A stretch of 63,507 nt of DNA, counting the filler, from Pelomyxa schiedti (Eukaryota > Protista > Evosea), in NCBI GenBank assembly GCA_020536535.1. It is 13 parts of 13 records of this genome, joined end to end, with 100 filler letters (N's around TTAATTAATTAA, not from the genome) between each part and the next. Parts side by side here need not be neighbours in the genome. Positions count along the whole stretch, not along the records: positions 1 to 9,048 come from JAHLWZ010001303.1; positions 9,149 to 18,898 come from JAHLWZ010001286.1; 11 more parts are not named here. One strand, written 5' to 3'. Numbering within the stretch: the first letter of the stretch is position 1; the number at the start of each line of letters is the position of its first letter. The notes beneath the pieces were generated by a model. The model had not been told where the DNA came from, made no database searches, and saw only the letters and a list, made by a program, of their open reading frames with translations. Both the position numbers and the translations under genes were made by a program. Below are positions 1 to 12,900 of the stretch, piece by piece.

Positions 1-529
1 GCAGGCTGTCTGCCTTACCTTGTCTCCTCAGACACAATCTGTGTGTGAACCACCCGTATGCAAGGTATTTCTTACCACCAAGCCACCCCAGGCACCTGTC
101 TGACACCACCACAACTTTCAGCCAAGAGCCAGATGCTGCAACTTCTGTGTATCCCAAACTCAACTGGTTCAAGGGAACATTGGAACTCCCCATCGCCTCC
201 ATTGGCTCATCAGTATCACTTCCACGGCCATAGCTGTTGCTACCTTGCCATGCTGCCTCTCTGGGTGTTGGTGGAGTGCGTGGGAAAAGTGTGGGTGATG
301 AGGCCCGAGAGGAGGATACTGATCACAATGAGAGGAGGAGAGGAAAACTCCAAGAAGGAGGAGTGTGTTTTCTTCAGTGTGAGCTGGACACTTGGCGTTG
401 TTGAGGGTCCCGTTGGAGTGGTGGTGTCAGACAGGTGCCTGGGGTGGCTTGGTGGTAAGAAATACCTTGCATACGGGTGGTTCACACACAGATTGTGTCT
501 GAGGAGACAAGGTAAGGCAGACAGCCTGC
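1..529. repeat. Fold-back inverted repeat (1-112 is the reverse complement of 418-529)
   Basis: GCAGGCTGTCTGCC...TGACACCACCAC at 1-112 reappears inverted at 418-529. ORFs 45..233(+) and 240..485(-) start with the same peptide. Confidence 0.9.
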
Positions 530-2059
530 TTTGGTGGGAACAAGAAGTTCACAAAGGATGCTGCAACCAGAGGTGGGTTGCTGTTGCAGGCGCTGACAAG
601 GATACCAAGGAATGCAGCCTATTTGTGTCAAGGGTCACAAATGAAGAACCTACCATTTTTCACAAGGTGCGAGAGTTTCCACCAGCCAACGATTTGCTGT
701 CACTTGGATTCTTTGGTTTCACTGAGTATGAATTTGAGTCTGATGTTTTGGAGGCAATATTCCTTGAGGAAAGAGATGGGTCAGAGTTAGTTTGCATTGA
801 GCACATCCACTTGCACACAGAAAACAAAAACAGTAAGGCAGAGCTCATCAATTGCACATCTGAAGTGGTTTGTGAGTGCTGTCTGTTGGAAAATGAAATA
901 CAATCAATTGGAAAACCACTTGTGAACAGAGCTGATGGGACTTATTACCTGGTGAGAAGAGATCATGTCAAAGTTCTTAACACAGGGGAAAAGGTCAGCA
1001 CTGGCTGTGCAGTGGAGGTCGTTGATGACAGGCACCTCAGCGCAGTTAGTGGAGGAGATTGGCCCACAACTGTGTCAATTTATTCCCTCAGAAGCAGAGC
1101 CATTGCGTGTGTGGGGGGAACTGAGAGTTCACAGCGGTTGCTGCAACCAGAGGTGGTCTGTTGTTGCGGCCACTGTCATAGAAACCAAGGAATATGGCCT
1201 CTTTGTGTCAAGGGTCACAAATGCGGAACCTGGTTCTCATTTTTATAACCTGCGACCTTTTCCACCATGCAAAGATTTGTTGTCACTTGGATTCTTTGGC
1301 TTCACTGAGTATGACTTTGAGTCTGATGTATTGGAGGCAGTATTCCTTGAGAAGAAATATGGCTTCAAGTTTCTTTGCATTGAGCACATCCACTTGAACA
1401 CAGACAACAAAAGCAGTGAGCCTTATTGCACATCACAGTTGGTCTGTGAGTGCTGTCTGTCGGAAAATGAAATACAATCAATCAGAAAACCACTTTTGAA
1501 CAGAGCTGATGGGACTTATTACTTGGTGATATCTTCCAGAACAGAAGTTAAGATACTGGTTTTGGGCACTGCAGAACAAACACCCCCCAGTTGGGCACCA
1601 GATTTTGATGTGGAGGTTGTTGATAACACACATCTGTGTACCGTGAAAGAACAGCAAGATTCAATGATTGTATCAGTCTATTCCCTTCCAGAGCTTCTCT
1701 CCACTGCCTCCTCTTCCATTCCTGAGTCATCCAGGAGGGCATCACGATTTGACCAAGTGGTTCCTCTCCGCATCCACGTGTTTGGACTTGGCACCACAGT
1801 CTCTGTTGGTTGTGGCCTGATACTATCCAGCTCAATACTCAGAATGAACCCCAGACACCCACCAGAACCAAAGAGACCCAGGCTCATCAGCCATGCTATC
1901 TCACCACTGTCACGACCACAGACTTACGAATTTTCACCTGCCGGGACGAGGCATCAGTTCATTGACGCTGTGACAGGCACGGTGCTGTTCTCCATGGAAC
2001 ACAAGTGGATCCCTGTCCGGTTTGAAATACAGGCTGTTCCCTTCCCCAGCCCCCTGTAA
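240..2059 (+). pseudogene. HPRCG-family-type gene(s): two paralogous units fused out of frame
   Basis: Family-like 'FSVSWTLGVV' and 'CNQRW' motifs and a C-terminal 'FIDAVTGTVLF'. The block CCNQRW...NRADGTYYLV occurs twice (about 560-950 and 1138-1530) in different frames. Confidence 0.6.
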
Positions 2060-2705
2060 TTCATCAGTGCATGCATGTCAACAATTGTTGTTGGTTGGAT
2101 TCCCTCCCTGAACATCAATTCAAGTTACTGTTGCCTTACCTTTCCTTTCAGTTCACTCTGCCACGTATTGGCACCTGACATGATGCCGTACAACGAGACC
2201 GCACAACCATCCTCAAGTTGTTGTTGTGTCTTCACTGTGCCAGTCAGGTGAATACTACACCCCACAACGAGACCGGAAGTCGCTGTTGCTACGTTGGTGC
2301 GTGGTAGGGTGCTTCGGGCCCGATGGGTGATGCAGTCGGAGAGGAGATGGGAAGAAATGCTGCAATCAGGTGGAACAGCAACGACGATCATGAATGGCAC
2401 GAATTGAGAACTCTTCTTTTCTCAGCACCAGGGCTGCAGTCTCTGAGCTGATCTCTGTGCACTTCGGGTTGATTTCTCGCTCCAATGATTGGCGACAGTG
2501 CCGCGGCCGGCGACACTGCGCTCGCCGAACTCGGCCCCGACGACTACGACGACCTCGACGACGACGCGAGGGACGCCATGATGCTGCGCGCCGAGCTCGG
2601 CCTCCNNNNNNNNNNNNNNNNNNNNNNNNNNNNNNNNNNNNNNNNNNNNNNNNNNNNNNNNNNNNNNNNNNNNNNNNNNNNNNNNNNNNNNNNNNNNNNN
2701 NNNNN

Positions 2706-4828
2706 ATGATTGGCGACAGTGCCGCGGCCGGCGACACTGCGCTCGCCGAACTCGGCCCCGACGACTACGACGACCTCGACGACGACGCGAGGGACGCCAT
2801 GATGCTGCGCGCCGAGCTCGGCCTCCTCGACGCGCCCGCCTCCCCGGGGAGCACCGCGGCCGCTACGCCCGCGACTCCCGACGGCGCAGTTGCATCGACC
2901 CTCTGTGACGTCACCGCCGCTTTCGAAAGCAACACCAGAACATCGACGGTTGTATACGACGGTGGAAGCATAACAACAACGACCACATCCCCTACCGGGA
3001 AAACAACCACCACAATAAGCAGGACCGGGAGCCCAAACTTGTTCAGGAACAACGGGCACAGCCCGTACCAGAGGCCCAGGTACTGGGACGTGGGGAAACC
3101 GAATGACCACAGCCGCCGCGGGCGAAGGACGCCGTCGCCGTCGTTGCCGGCGTCGCCTTATCGCGGTAATGGTGGAGCGAGCAGGTCACCATCGCCGCCA
3201 TTGTGGGATAGTTCAAACAGAACTCCATCCCCGAGAAATATGGACGTTTCGGGTACTCCTTCTGAGCCACTTTCCCCTCAAGCAACGGCCGCAAAACCAC
3301 CAGCAGCTACATCACCGAAACTTAAACAACAAAAAGAAGAAACAGAAGAACCACATAAAACATCACCTGAGCCAAAACCAAAGCCAAAGCCAACACCAGA
3401 ACGAGCAAATGCGCAACCAACACCACAAGTGAAAGCAGCACCAGAAGCACCTACAGCAAAGCTATCACCAGAACCAGTGAAAGCGAAGAGGACTGCGGAA
3501 AAACCAACTTCAGACACACCACCAAAAGCCACATCACCAGAACCAGTGAAAACGAAAAAGATAACCGAAAAACCAACTTCAGACACGCCAAAAACAAGAA
3601 AGAATTCTGCAGCACCAGAACCCGTGAAAGTGAACAAGACAGCCGAAAAATCAACATTAGACATACCGAAACCAAATACAGCAAAGAATACCACAACACC
3701 AACCAAACCCATGGTTACCTCAACACCAACCAAAGAGCCTACACCTGTCCATGAAACTGGAGACTTAACTACTTCCAATAAAGACAAAGGCACCGAATAT
3801 AAAAGGTTAATAATAATAAGGATGGAAGCGCGGTGTCTAAGGTAAGAGCTAATATACAACCCAGATGGAACATAGATGATGAAACAGAGGAATCAGATAG
3901 TGACACAACAGCAAAGAAGAGCCGAAAACGACCCCCTGGAAAGTATGTAATCACTCAAGGCAAACAAAATCAAATAAAAGTCACACCAAACGCACTCGCA
4001 CCACCGCACCCACAATTTCCCTTCAGCACCCTCACCCTTTCCACAAATAGAATCGACCTTTCCGAGTTCATGGACAAGGGAGAAGGGGACCCTCTGACGG
4101 ACCTCGAGAGCTTCATCAGCACCAAGCTCGGGGGCTCGCAGCCCAGCAAGCGGGCCCGCGTGGAGCCGCTGCTCCTGCACCCAGAGTGGGAGCCCCCCAC
4201 GCGCAGCTGCAGCAACTGCGGCGCCGCGGGCCACTACGCCCCCGAGTGCGCCAGCGCCCGCGGGACGCTGGCCCAGGTGGACGGCCGCATGTGGCACAAC
4301 CGCCGCGGCAACAGGCACCCGCGCCCGCGGCGGCAGCGGCCCGGCGACGAGGCCCAGCACGCCAGGACCGACGCGATACGAGACCCCGCGCAGGTCGCGG
4401 ACTACCTGGCCCGCCTCAAGGGGATCTACGGCGCCGCCGTCATCATACTGCGCAGGAACAGCGGCTCCGGGGACAACGGATCCAGGACGTGGGGCGTTGG
4501 GTCGGCCAGCCCGCCGCCCGCAGTGATCACCGCTGTACCTGATGACAAAGAGGAGGAGGAGGAGGAGGCGGAGGAGGAAGGGGAAGAGAGAGAGGATGAT
4601 GGTGGAGATGAGCAAGAGGAAGAGGTGGTGGAAGAGAAGAAGGCAAATGTGGAAAAGCCGCCGGCAACAGTATCGCCCAGGGCGAAGGTGAAAACCCAAC
4701 CCAAGGGAACATCACCAGCCAAACCCAAGGCCAAGGCAAAATCTGAAGAAGAACCCACCAAACCTGAGAAACTAAAACGCCCACGCCACCAGCACCTAAA
4801 AAAGAGAGAATACCGCAGCCGTGATTGA
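2706..4828 (+). CDS. Low-complexity Pro/Thr/Lys/Glu-rich protein with CCHC zinc knuckle
   Basis: ATG at 2706 (2485-2605 is a duplicate across the gap). Probable introns at about 3806-3864 and 3942-4050. CSNCGAAGHYAPEC at about 4208-4249. Three [S/A]PEPVK...EKPTSDTP-type repeats. Confidence 0.65.
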
Positions 4829-4982
4829 GCCAATTCTCACGTTTCCCCTTCCAACCGGAATAAAGCTGCCCTAACAAAAAATACACCTTTCCCGTACAGT
4901 AGCTCTGCGTTCGCGTATCAAGGGAATCGCTACTCTCATCAATCAGTTCATTTTACAATTTCGCCTGATTGGAACCAACACA

Positions 4983-7900
4983 ATGATAGGTGGCGGAAGT
5001 GAGCGGTTCGGTGTCGACAGCAGCGACGCGGCGGGTTGTACGGACGACGCTGCGAGCGACAACAACGACGACGTAGTGACTCTGGGCAGCGTTCTCCGCG
5101 GCGTCGTGGTCGTCGTGGCGGCCAAGGCGGCTCCGCAGTCCCTCCGGGCCCCACCACCACCACCACCCTCCTCTTCGTCTCCACTGCAATCGCCCTCGTC
5201 GTCGTCGTCGTCTCCGCCATCAAACAACGAGTGCGAGAATATCGCCACGGCGGCCTCGGCGGCAGGGGGGGAGAGCGAGAACAGGGGGGCGGGGGCGGGG
5301 GCGGCGGCGGGGGCGGGGGAGGACGTCGTGTTGTGCTGCCGGTGCTGCCGGGTAGGGGCGGGGTGCGGGTGCGGGAGCGAGAGCCGGGCGGGGGCGCTGT
5401 ACGACCCGGTCGGGGACCTGTGCCAGCTCACGTTCACTCTATCCAACACTTCTGTAATGTGCGTAGCTATTCTGTGTTGTTGTGTGTGGTTGTGTGTGGT
5501 TGTTTTGTGCGTGTCATGGGTTATTGCAAGTGGTGTGGTGTGTTCTTTCCCCTTGGGTTTTTTTTTTTTTTGTTTTGTTTTGGGTCTGACTCTTGGCTAT
5601 TATTTAGAGTTTTGATCAAATTGGTGGAAAGGGGGGATGCTGTGCAACACGCAAAGGGGGTCAGAACCCTGATGTTCTATGTTCCTTCTTGTGGTGGAGG
5701 GGTTCTTCCAGAGTCCAACTTGGCTCTCCAGCACCAGTCTCGATCGGAAATTGTGTGTATCAACCCTCCGTATTCTGTTTCAATTATACTTTCCTTGAAT
5801 TCAACTTGACAAATGTTTTTTCCAGATTGCTCGGGGTCTTCTTCAATTAAATATTCTACTTTGTGGAATTGGCGCCTTTTCTTTGCAGGCTCCACCTGCA
5901 AGCACTATCACCTATCATTACTCAATTACTGTAAATTTATGCCCCTCCAATAACAATTCAAACACAAACAATACGGCATGGTTTGTAGTGGCATGTGCAA
6001 GGCGGGTAGCAGAAACTGTAAATTCTGTGTGTACATTTTACAAGCAAGTATCACTTCTGACATCCTTTGAAGTTACACCCTACAATGATGAAATTACTTT
6101 GGAGTGATGAGCCACTTGAAACTATACTGTTACCACTTTCGATGAAGCACGCATCACAACAGCAGCACCCCACTTCATCTTTATCAACTCGGACCTCAGA
6201 GTTGGGAGATCTCTGCATTACCCAACGTTCAATTCAACACTCCAGAGCAGACAAATCTCCAGTTCCTACAGACCAGTCTCTACATCACTCGCCCCAAAGA
6301 ATTCCAGAACAACCACTTTCTGTTGGAAAGGCACATCACAAATTCCGGACTCCTGCCACCAAAAAGCCTTATATTGCTTTATCAACCGCTGCAGAGATGC
6401 CTTCTGCAGCATCAAGTGTACCTCCGACTTCAATAGTTGGAAAGCGGGTTTCTTCTGGTGGTCCTACCTGGATATGGGGGACACAAGGATGTGGAAGCGT
6501 TGGAACTGTTACCCATGTAGATAGGCCGGGCTGGGTTTCAGTGAGATGGAACACAGGTCTTTTTTTTTTTTTTATACATAACCCTCGATATTCATGCAAC
6601 AATCACAGGTGATATGAATTTGTATCGATGGGGAAATGGGTATAACGACTTGCTCCTTCTTGATGATACCCCCAGTTTGTACATTTACGTCACTCTGCCC
6701 ATTATGTGACATGAACTCAGGTAGCACTGCTGATGGACCTTCTTGTTACCCTCTCGAGTACCTAAGGGCACCACCACTGGCACTAATTGGAAAACAAGTT
6801 ACCCCAGGCCCAGACTGGAAATGGGGTAAGTTTTCCTCGACACAATAGCCAACATGTAATTCTAAACTTCTCAAGGAGAACGACCTCCCTGTGGTTCTGT
6901 CGTATCCCTAGCAAAAACTGAGGGTTGGATCAAAGTCATATGGTCAAACAATACGAAATCACAGTACTTTTTTTTTTCGTAAAAATACTACCTTATATCA
7001 ACGGAAATGAAGGTACCGCTGGGGAGCATGTGGTGCCTATGACGTTGTCCCAATTTCTTCTGGTATTCCTTGAAAAGCCAAAACCTATCTCATTATTTCG
7101 TCAGGAGGGGAACCCATTGTAACAAGACTTGAATCCCCACCCACAGCGGCCTCCATTTTGGCAAAAAGGGTGAGAGGAAATGGGCCAAGTTGGAAGTGGG
7201 GTCTGTCCAAGTCCTCCTTTTTTTTGTTTACTCATTCCTGTCTCAGGTGAACAGGGCAGCCGAGGAGCTGGTTATGTAGTGAAATTAGAGGATCCTGGGT
7301 GGGTGAGGATTCTTTGGGATGAGTATGTAACAGCATTTGAGTTTTGTTTCGGGATTCCTTCTCAAAATATGCAGTGGTACCTCAAATGTCTATCGGTGGG
7401 GAATTAGACATTTTGACCTTATTGTTTGTGAAGGTACCGTACTCTTACTTCTTTTTCACTTACAACAAACAGACGAAAAAAAAATTGCGCTCGAATCGGC
7501 CCTTGCTTTCCTTTGTGCCTTACATCCTCGGCTTGGTGTGACTGCATACTTTTCTCAGATAACAGCCTTAATTGCTCTTAAATTAGGCGTTAATAGTCCA
7601 GCCCGTTACATTTCCCATCACCTGGGGTCATTGGTTATAACTCGAATGATGCCAAAAGCTTATGAGAATGAAATTCCACCCGCATTTGGTGTGACGAAAG
7701 GAAAGCACACTACCCTTACTCATGTTAAACAGAAAAGTGGCAGCATCATGTAAGTTGCAGTGTTTGTGGTGCTCTACAAGCACCACAACCAGACGGAAAG
7801 ACAACCACTATCACTGGAAGTAGATTCAGGTACCCTCATCAAAGATCCCTTATCTTACAATGCTGATATAGCACAGGTGTTGTGTTTGCGAGTCATTTGA

Positions 7901-9048
7901 TATATGTTCTTCATGTGTAAATAAGCAAAAAGAACTGCTGGAAATCGGTCTCCACAAAACGCAACACCCCCTTGTCGAAGTTGCACCAAAACCGCCTCTA
8001 GGTAAATTGAACAGTCGTGTGGTCCAACTAATAAATGTTCAGGATCACTTCGGACTCACTATGATCTTCTACTCACTCTTATGATGCCTTCGGGAACACA
8101 GAGTGGGTCTCTTGCTGAGTTTTGTAAACTTGTTCCCCGAATTATTGCAACACACCCCCGTGTTATAACCCACATGGACTCTTTAGGAAAAACATTGTAT
8201 GACTATTCTTTAGCCTTAGGTTTGTATCCCGTGTATCTATTTGTGTTTCACATAAAAAGGATCACGAATTCCGGATAAGACCAAGGCAAAACTGCGGCCC
8301 TCAACTCCTTTACGGTCGTTACTCCATGATTCTGTATTATCTGGTGATATAAATTCTGTTAAGGTGGGAACTAGCGATCTTACAAACTCCCAAATTTGAC
8401 TTGCACTTTTTCAGGTAGCACTTACACAGATACAAGACATAAATGCCAGAGATGGTAACGGCTACACAGCACTTCACTACGCAATTGTCACCCACGATTC
8501 CAAGATATATTCATATCTCGTAGAAAACAATGCCGACTGTAGTATAATAAAACCAAACAGGTAGGATAGTTCAATAATTTTTTTTACATTTTATATTCAT
8601 TTTGTTTACAGGCATCCCGATTATGAAGACTGGATCCGGAAATCATCAATGCGGTGCAATGCCGCATCACAAGCGCAACTGCAGACTCCCGAAAACCCAC
8701 TAGCAAATCCGTACATATCCAACTCCATACACATCACCCCTAGCACATTTGCGCATGCACAGCTCATCCTCAATCCCATCGAAACTCTGGTTGGCAAGAG
8801 AGTCACAAGAGGCCCTGACTGGGTTTGGGGTGTGTATTACTTAGACTCTTGTAGTACTACCACTAATTGATTTACCAACCTATTCTCTAACCAAACCAAA
8901 CAGGAGCCCAAGGAGCGGACACAGACGGCACAGTCCTGGAAGTATCAGAAGAGAAAGGCTGTGTCAAGGTGATGTGGGACAATGGTGAGTGCAACCTATA
9001 CAGATACAACTCCAGAAGGTTGGATGTGCAGGTCCACAACCAACATTA
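4983..9048 (+). CDS. Multi-exon protein with four MIB/HERC2 domains, ZZ zinc finger and ankyrin repeat (Mind bomb-like domain set)
   Basis: VGKRV..G.PTWIWG..GTV...GWVSVRW.TG..NLYRWG motifs at about 6435, 6785, 7160 and 8790. CSVC...RCCVCESFDICSSC..H..QH at about 7755-7970. INARDGNGYTALHYA..LVENNAD at about 8440-8540. The 5' start is uncertain. Confidence 0.75.
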
Positions 9049-9092
9049 NNNNNNNNNNNNNNNNNNNNNNNNNNNNNNNNNNNNNNNNNNNN

Positions 9093-9104
9093 TTAATTAA
9101 TTAA
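9093..9104. other. Artificial contig linker TTAATTAATTAA flanked by Ns (also at 18943, 21561, 23226, 31943, 34342, 37201, 45578, 47546, 50907, 52892, 54200)
   Basis: The identical 12-mer with stops in all six frames sits in the middle of about 100-nt N blocks, 12 times. Confidence 0.97.
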
Positions 9105-9148
9105 NNNNNNNNNNNNNNNNNNNNNNNNNNNNNNNNNNNNNNNNNNNN

Positions 9149-9268
9149 AACACAACACAACACAACACAACACAACACAACACAACACAACACAACACAA
9201 CACAACACAACACAACACAACACAACACAACACAACACAACACAACACAACACAACACAACACAACAC
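9149..9268. repeat. (CACAA)n pentanucleotide microsatellite, about 24 units
   Basis: Perfect AACAC tandem run at the contig edge. Confidence 0.95.
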
Positions 9269-9306
9269 ATCCACCGGCACACACCAACCAACGGCCAATG
9301 TTTTTT

Positions 9307-9645
9307 TTAATTGCGCACAATGAAACCCTGCGCGTCGGCGTCCGCAGCACGCCGCGCCGCCGCAGCCTCGTCAGCTGCCCCGTCCGTGGACGTCGACGTC
9401 GAGGTCGTGGACGTGGTCGTGGTCGTGGCGGTGGTGGTCGCGGCCGTGGCGGTCTGAGTATCGACCGACCGTGTGTCGGCGGAGCCCCAGGCCGTCTGCA
9501 GCGCGGCGTCGCGCACGTTGCGGCGCGGGGGCATGGCGCACTGCACATCCACGTCTCTCGTGGGCACGTGGCCGTGCGCCGAGGACCTGTCTCCCCACGT
9601 CGACCCCAGGTCAACCGCAACCAGCTCCGCGTTGTCTCTCCACAT
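9307..9645 (-). CDS. First exon of a possible dynein-2 intermediate chain (WDR34/DYNC2I2-like) N-terminus
   Basis: MWRD..V.V..GSTW followed by the QT motifs AALQT and VDTQT (LC8-binding type). Probable donor site before the microsatellite. No WD40 part in the window. Confidence 0.35.
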   Translation of the reverse strand: MWRDNAELVAVDLGSTWGDRSSAHGHVPTRDVDVQCAMPPRRNVRDAALQTAWGSADTRSVDTQTATAATTTATTTTTSTTSTSTSTDGAADEAAAARRAADADAQGFIVRN

Positions 9646-9999
9646 CCCAAAGATGCAACAAAATAATGAAGGTCGGTTGAGGTCTGGGTGCAGAGGGAGG
9701 AACCTTCCTACAAGTACGGCTTACAAGAGAATCCGTTGTGTCTCAGAGAACAGCGTACCCCAAAAATGTGAACCCTGGAATTTCCTGCACTCCTAAGTGT
9801 CGCCCAAATTTTGAACCGAGACTCCTCTGGTGTATTGGAAATTGAGGGACGTACTGTGCAGAAGCTCAATTTTCAAGGTAACAACACTTTTTTCCAAGAC
9901 AGAAACTCAACACGAGGTGGGTGAGACCACAACTTTTTAATCTTTGGTGTTTGTTGAATTTGCTCATTGTGTCTTTGGCTTAGGAAGTACACAAGTGTT

Positions 10000-12900
10000 C
10001 TAGGAGGACGATTGGCGTTGCCTGTCAAGGAGTGCAGCAAGAACTTTCTCTTTGCAACCCTGACAGAAATACCTGTCTCTTACTTTTGCGAAAGATGGTT
10101 CCTCTAGTTCTGTCTGGGTGATAATGAGTGTGGGTATTGAAGAGAGTGAAGAGAACAACCTTGCACAGAGCACAAATGAAGCATGATTTGTGCCAGTTCT
10201 TTTGGTCAGCGTTTTTACAAAGTCCACTGCCTATTTGTTCACCACAAGCCACACATGTGGGAGAAGGCTTTCTCTGATCCACAAAGCAAGTTTTACAGCA
10301 AAATTTGTTGGAAACCTTATGTGGAGTCAATCCAAGGCTCCAGGGAGTACTTCCTGAATACAGTTGCAAACGGCCCAGATATGAGTGTTCCACATATATT
10401 ACAGGTGTGGCAGTGTGGGTGCACCTTTCTATTCAAGAGCTTTTTTAGTTTTTTGATTACTTTTAGTTGGCAGGAGGGAAACATGAGAAGGGTACAAGTT
10501 TAAATGGTGAGTTATCGGGGAAACCATTTCCACAAACAGGACATTGATCAGCTTCCACGTATTTCCAATCTGAAGGAATGAATGTTTGCTTTTCGGCACG
10601 AAAATACGCACTTGGCGGTGATATGGCAGGGTTGATGGCTCCAGGTGACAGTTCTGACTTCATGTTCATTGTAATTGAAGAAATTGGAGTAGTAGGTGAT
10701 GAAAGTGCCGCTCCGCTTGTTGGATAAGGTCCTGGCGTTGAAATTTTCTGACCCGGGATGATTGAGAGTGAAGGGTTCAGCAGTAACGCTGTCTTGGCTA
10801 ACAGTTCGTCATTCATAGGATCTTTGAGAAGATTACTCAGTGCCTCAGAATAGAGTTGACTATTTACAGCTGGTTCGGGAGATTTTCCCTTCACTTGTTG
10901 ACTACTAATTCCTGGTTTCATAGTAAGTGCACTGGAAAGGGGACCAAAAGTCTTTTGGGGTGCAGCCCGGCTTGGTGAAGGTGGTGTCAATTCCGAGCGC
11001 TTAGTTGGGGGTGGCTCCAAGAGTGGAATGGAAGCTGTAGAAGGATAAATTATCTTTGATGGGATGGGTCTCGCAGGGGGATGTGCAGGAGTAACGAGAA
11101 CGGGGGTGGGCATAGTGGGAATGCAAAGAGGAAGAGGCTGCGGGAGCACTTGGAATGCAAGAGGAGGCTCAGGGGATATCTCTGGTAGAATTGGATATGT
11201 TAACATGGGGACACTTGGGGAAGGAGGAGGCGTTGTTAACTGCGTTTCACTGATGCACTGGGGCACAAATGGATGGAGAAGAGGTAGGTGAGTGAATGAA
11301 GAAAGTGTGGATGGTGGCAATGGAGAGCTGGTAAGAAGAGGACAGGATGGTACCGTTGGAGTGGGCTTGTTGAGACTCGCCAGAGCGGCAGAGATTTGTT
11401 TTTCCAGTTCCATTGCTCGCAGGTTTTGTGTTTCAATATCCAATTCCCGTTTTTCCCCCTCCACTCTGAATGTACCAAGCTGCTCCAACTGCAATCTTAG
11501 TTCCCATCCTGGCGAAGATGGTACAAGTGACCTGAAGCTATCAGCAGCCACAAATTGTGGTGGCGAAGGGGTCAGAGAAGAGCTGAGAAGAACAGGTGCC
11601 CTAACAAGTGGCTTGATGTGCATGTAATCTCTTGAAGGTGCTATGACCTCAAAAATCGGAAGACGTGGAGTACGTAAGGGAAGTGTTGATGATGCACTTC
11701 GGGGTGGACGATAAATAAAGCGCGCTACCGTTGGAATAGCGGGAGGGCGGGGAATTACTCTTGATTGAAGTGTTTCTCGGAAACAGGAAAATTGACCTGT
11801 AAATGAATTAAAGGACTGGGAATATATTGGAAATAATACTTTTAGGGGTGATAAAGTCCAATGATTGAGACAGAGGTGGAAAATGTGAAGTGCAGAATAA
11901 GGCCATGTCAGTGTGAGAAAATCTAACCTGTATCCATACATGTTAAATGCTGTTTTTTTTTTAAAAAAAGGCTCATACTGGGCTAGGCACCCAAGTTTTG
12001 GTGTTTCCCTCTATGCACTCAACACAAGCAAAGCATTGTGTATGCCAGTAGAGAGTAGTGCCAAGTGAAACTACTTCACGCTTTACGAAATCTTGATCTA
12101 AAATTAATTGATCACACATCAGGCAACAGTGGGCATCATCAATGTTAGGAACCTTTTATGTATTAAAGGAAGGAAATAAAATAGTTGTGACTTTACACAA
12201 TTCAAGAATTTAGCCTCAAATTCCTCCAAAGAGTCAGACTACTGAAAAGTGGGGTAATAATGTACCTGGCATGTGGGGCAAACTGGTAAATCCTTGTATG
12301 TGCGTGAGGGGTCCATGTGAGCCCCACAGTGAACACAAGAGAAACAAGAGTAGTGCCTTAATAATTGGTTAAGGCATACTTGATGGAAGGAGGAAAACCA
12401 GTAAATAGAATTAAGCTGTGCTTCTGATTGACCTGTAAATATTTCCTGGAAGCAAGCTCGACACACTTTCTTGGGTGTTGGTTCTTGCGTAGGATTCAAA
12501 TCTTCTTCTATGGCTATAGTTCTGAGAATAAAGTTCCTTCCAAGTGAATTTGATACCAGGTATGATAGGATGAGTTCTACAGAGCACCCTGTATGCTGGG
12601 GAGGTCAGAAAAGCTGGCATTGCATCTGAAATCAGAGGTAAATATGGATGGAAACCAGTTACATTCTAACCAGATTCCATCATTTTTTTTGCCTCTTTTT
12701 GAGCTTTGTCAAACGTGGTGAGCGTGAAATTACCTAATTCTGTGAGACATAACCTTGTACAAGGAGAATTCACCTGATTCCATAAGAGTGTGAAGTTCAG
12801 AAAATATTTCCCCAGGCAGGTTGACCTGTGTCAGACTCTCTTCACTGACATAAGTATTGTATATGTCAATGCCCATTTGTTTCCAGTTTACAGGAGGTTG

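Noticed and set aside
1-529. Inverted repeat as transposon TIRs or a hairpin RNA gene
   Set aside because: It is a perfect copy of coding sequence at a contig start with no TSD or transposase. A whole-genome-amplification fold-back chimera is the simpler explanation.
2485-2825. Apparent tandem duplications flanking 100-N gaps (2485-2605/2706-2825 and 29229-29348/29449-29568)
   Set aside because: Exact ~120-bp overlaps on either side of a fixed-size gap are typical unmerged scaffold ends.
4208-4249. Zinc knuckle as a retrotransposon gag
   Set aside because: It lies in a spliced low-complexity host gene with no capsid, protease or RT sequence nearby.
9093-9298. Cys/Val-rich ORFs (CCVVL)n
   Set aside because: These are translations of the (TTGTG)n microsatellite.
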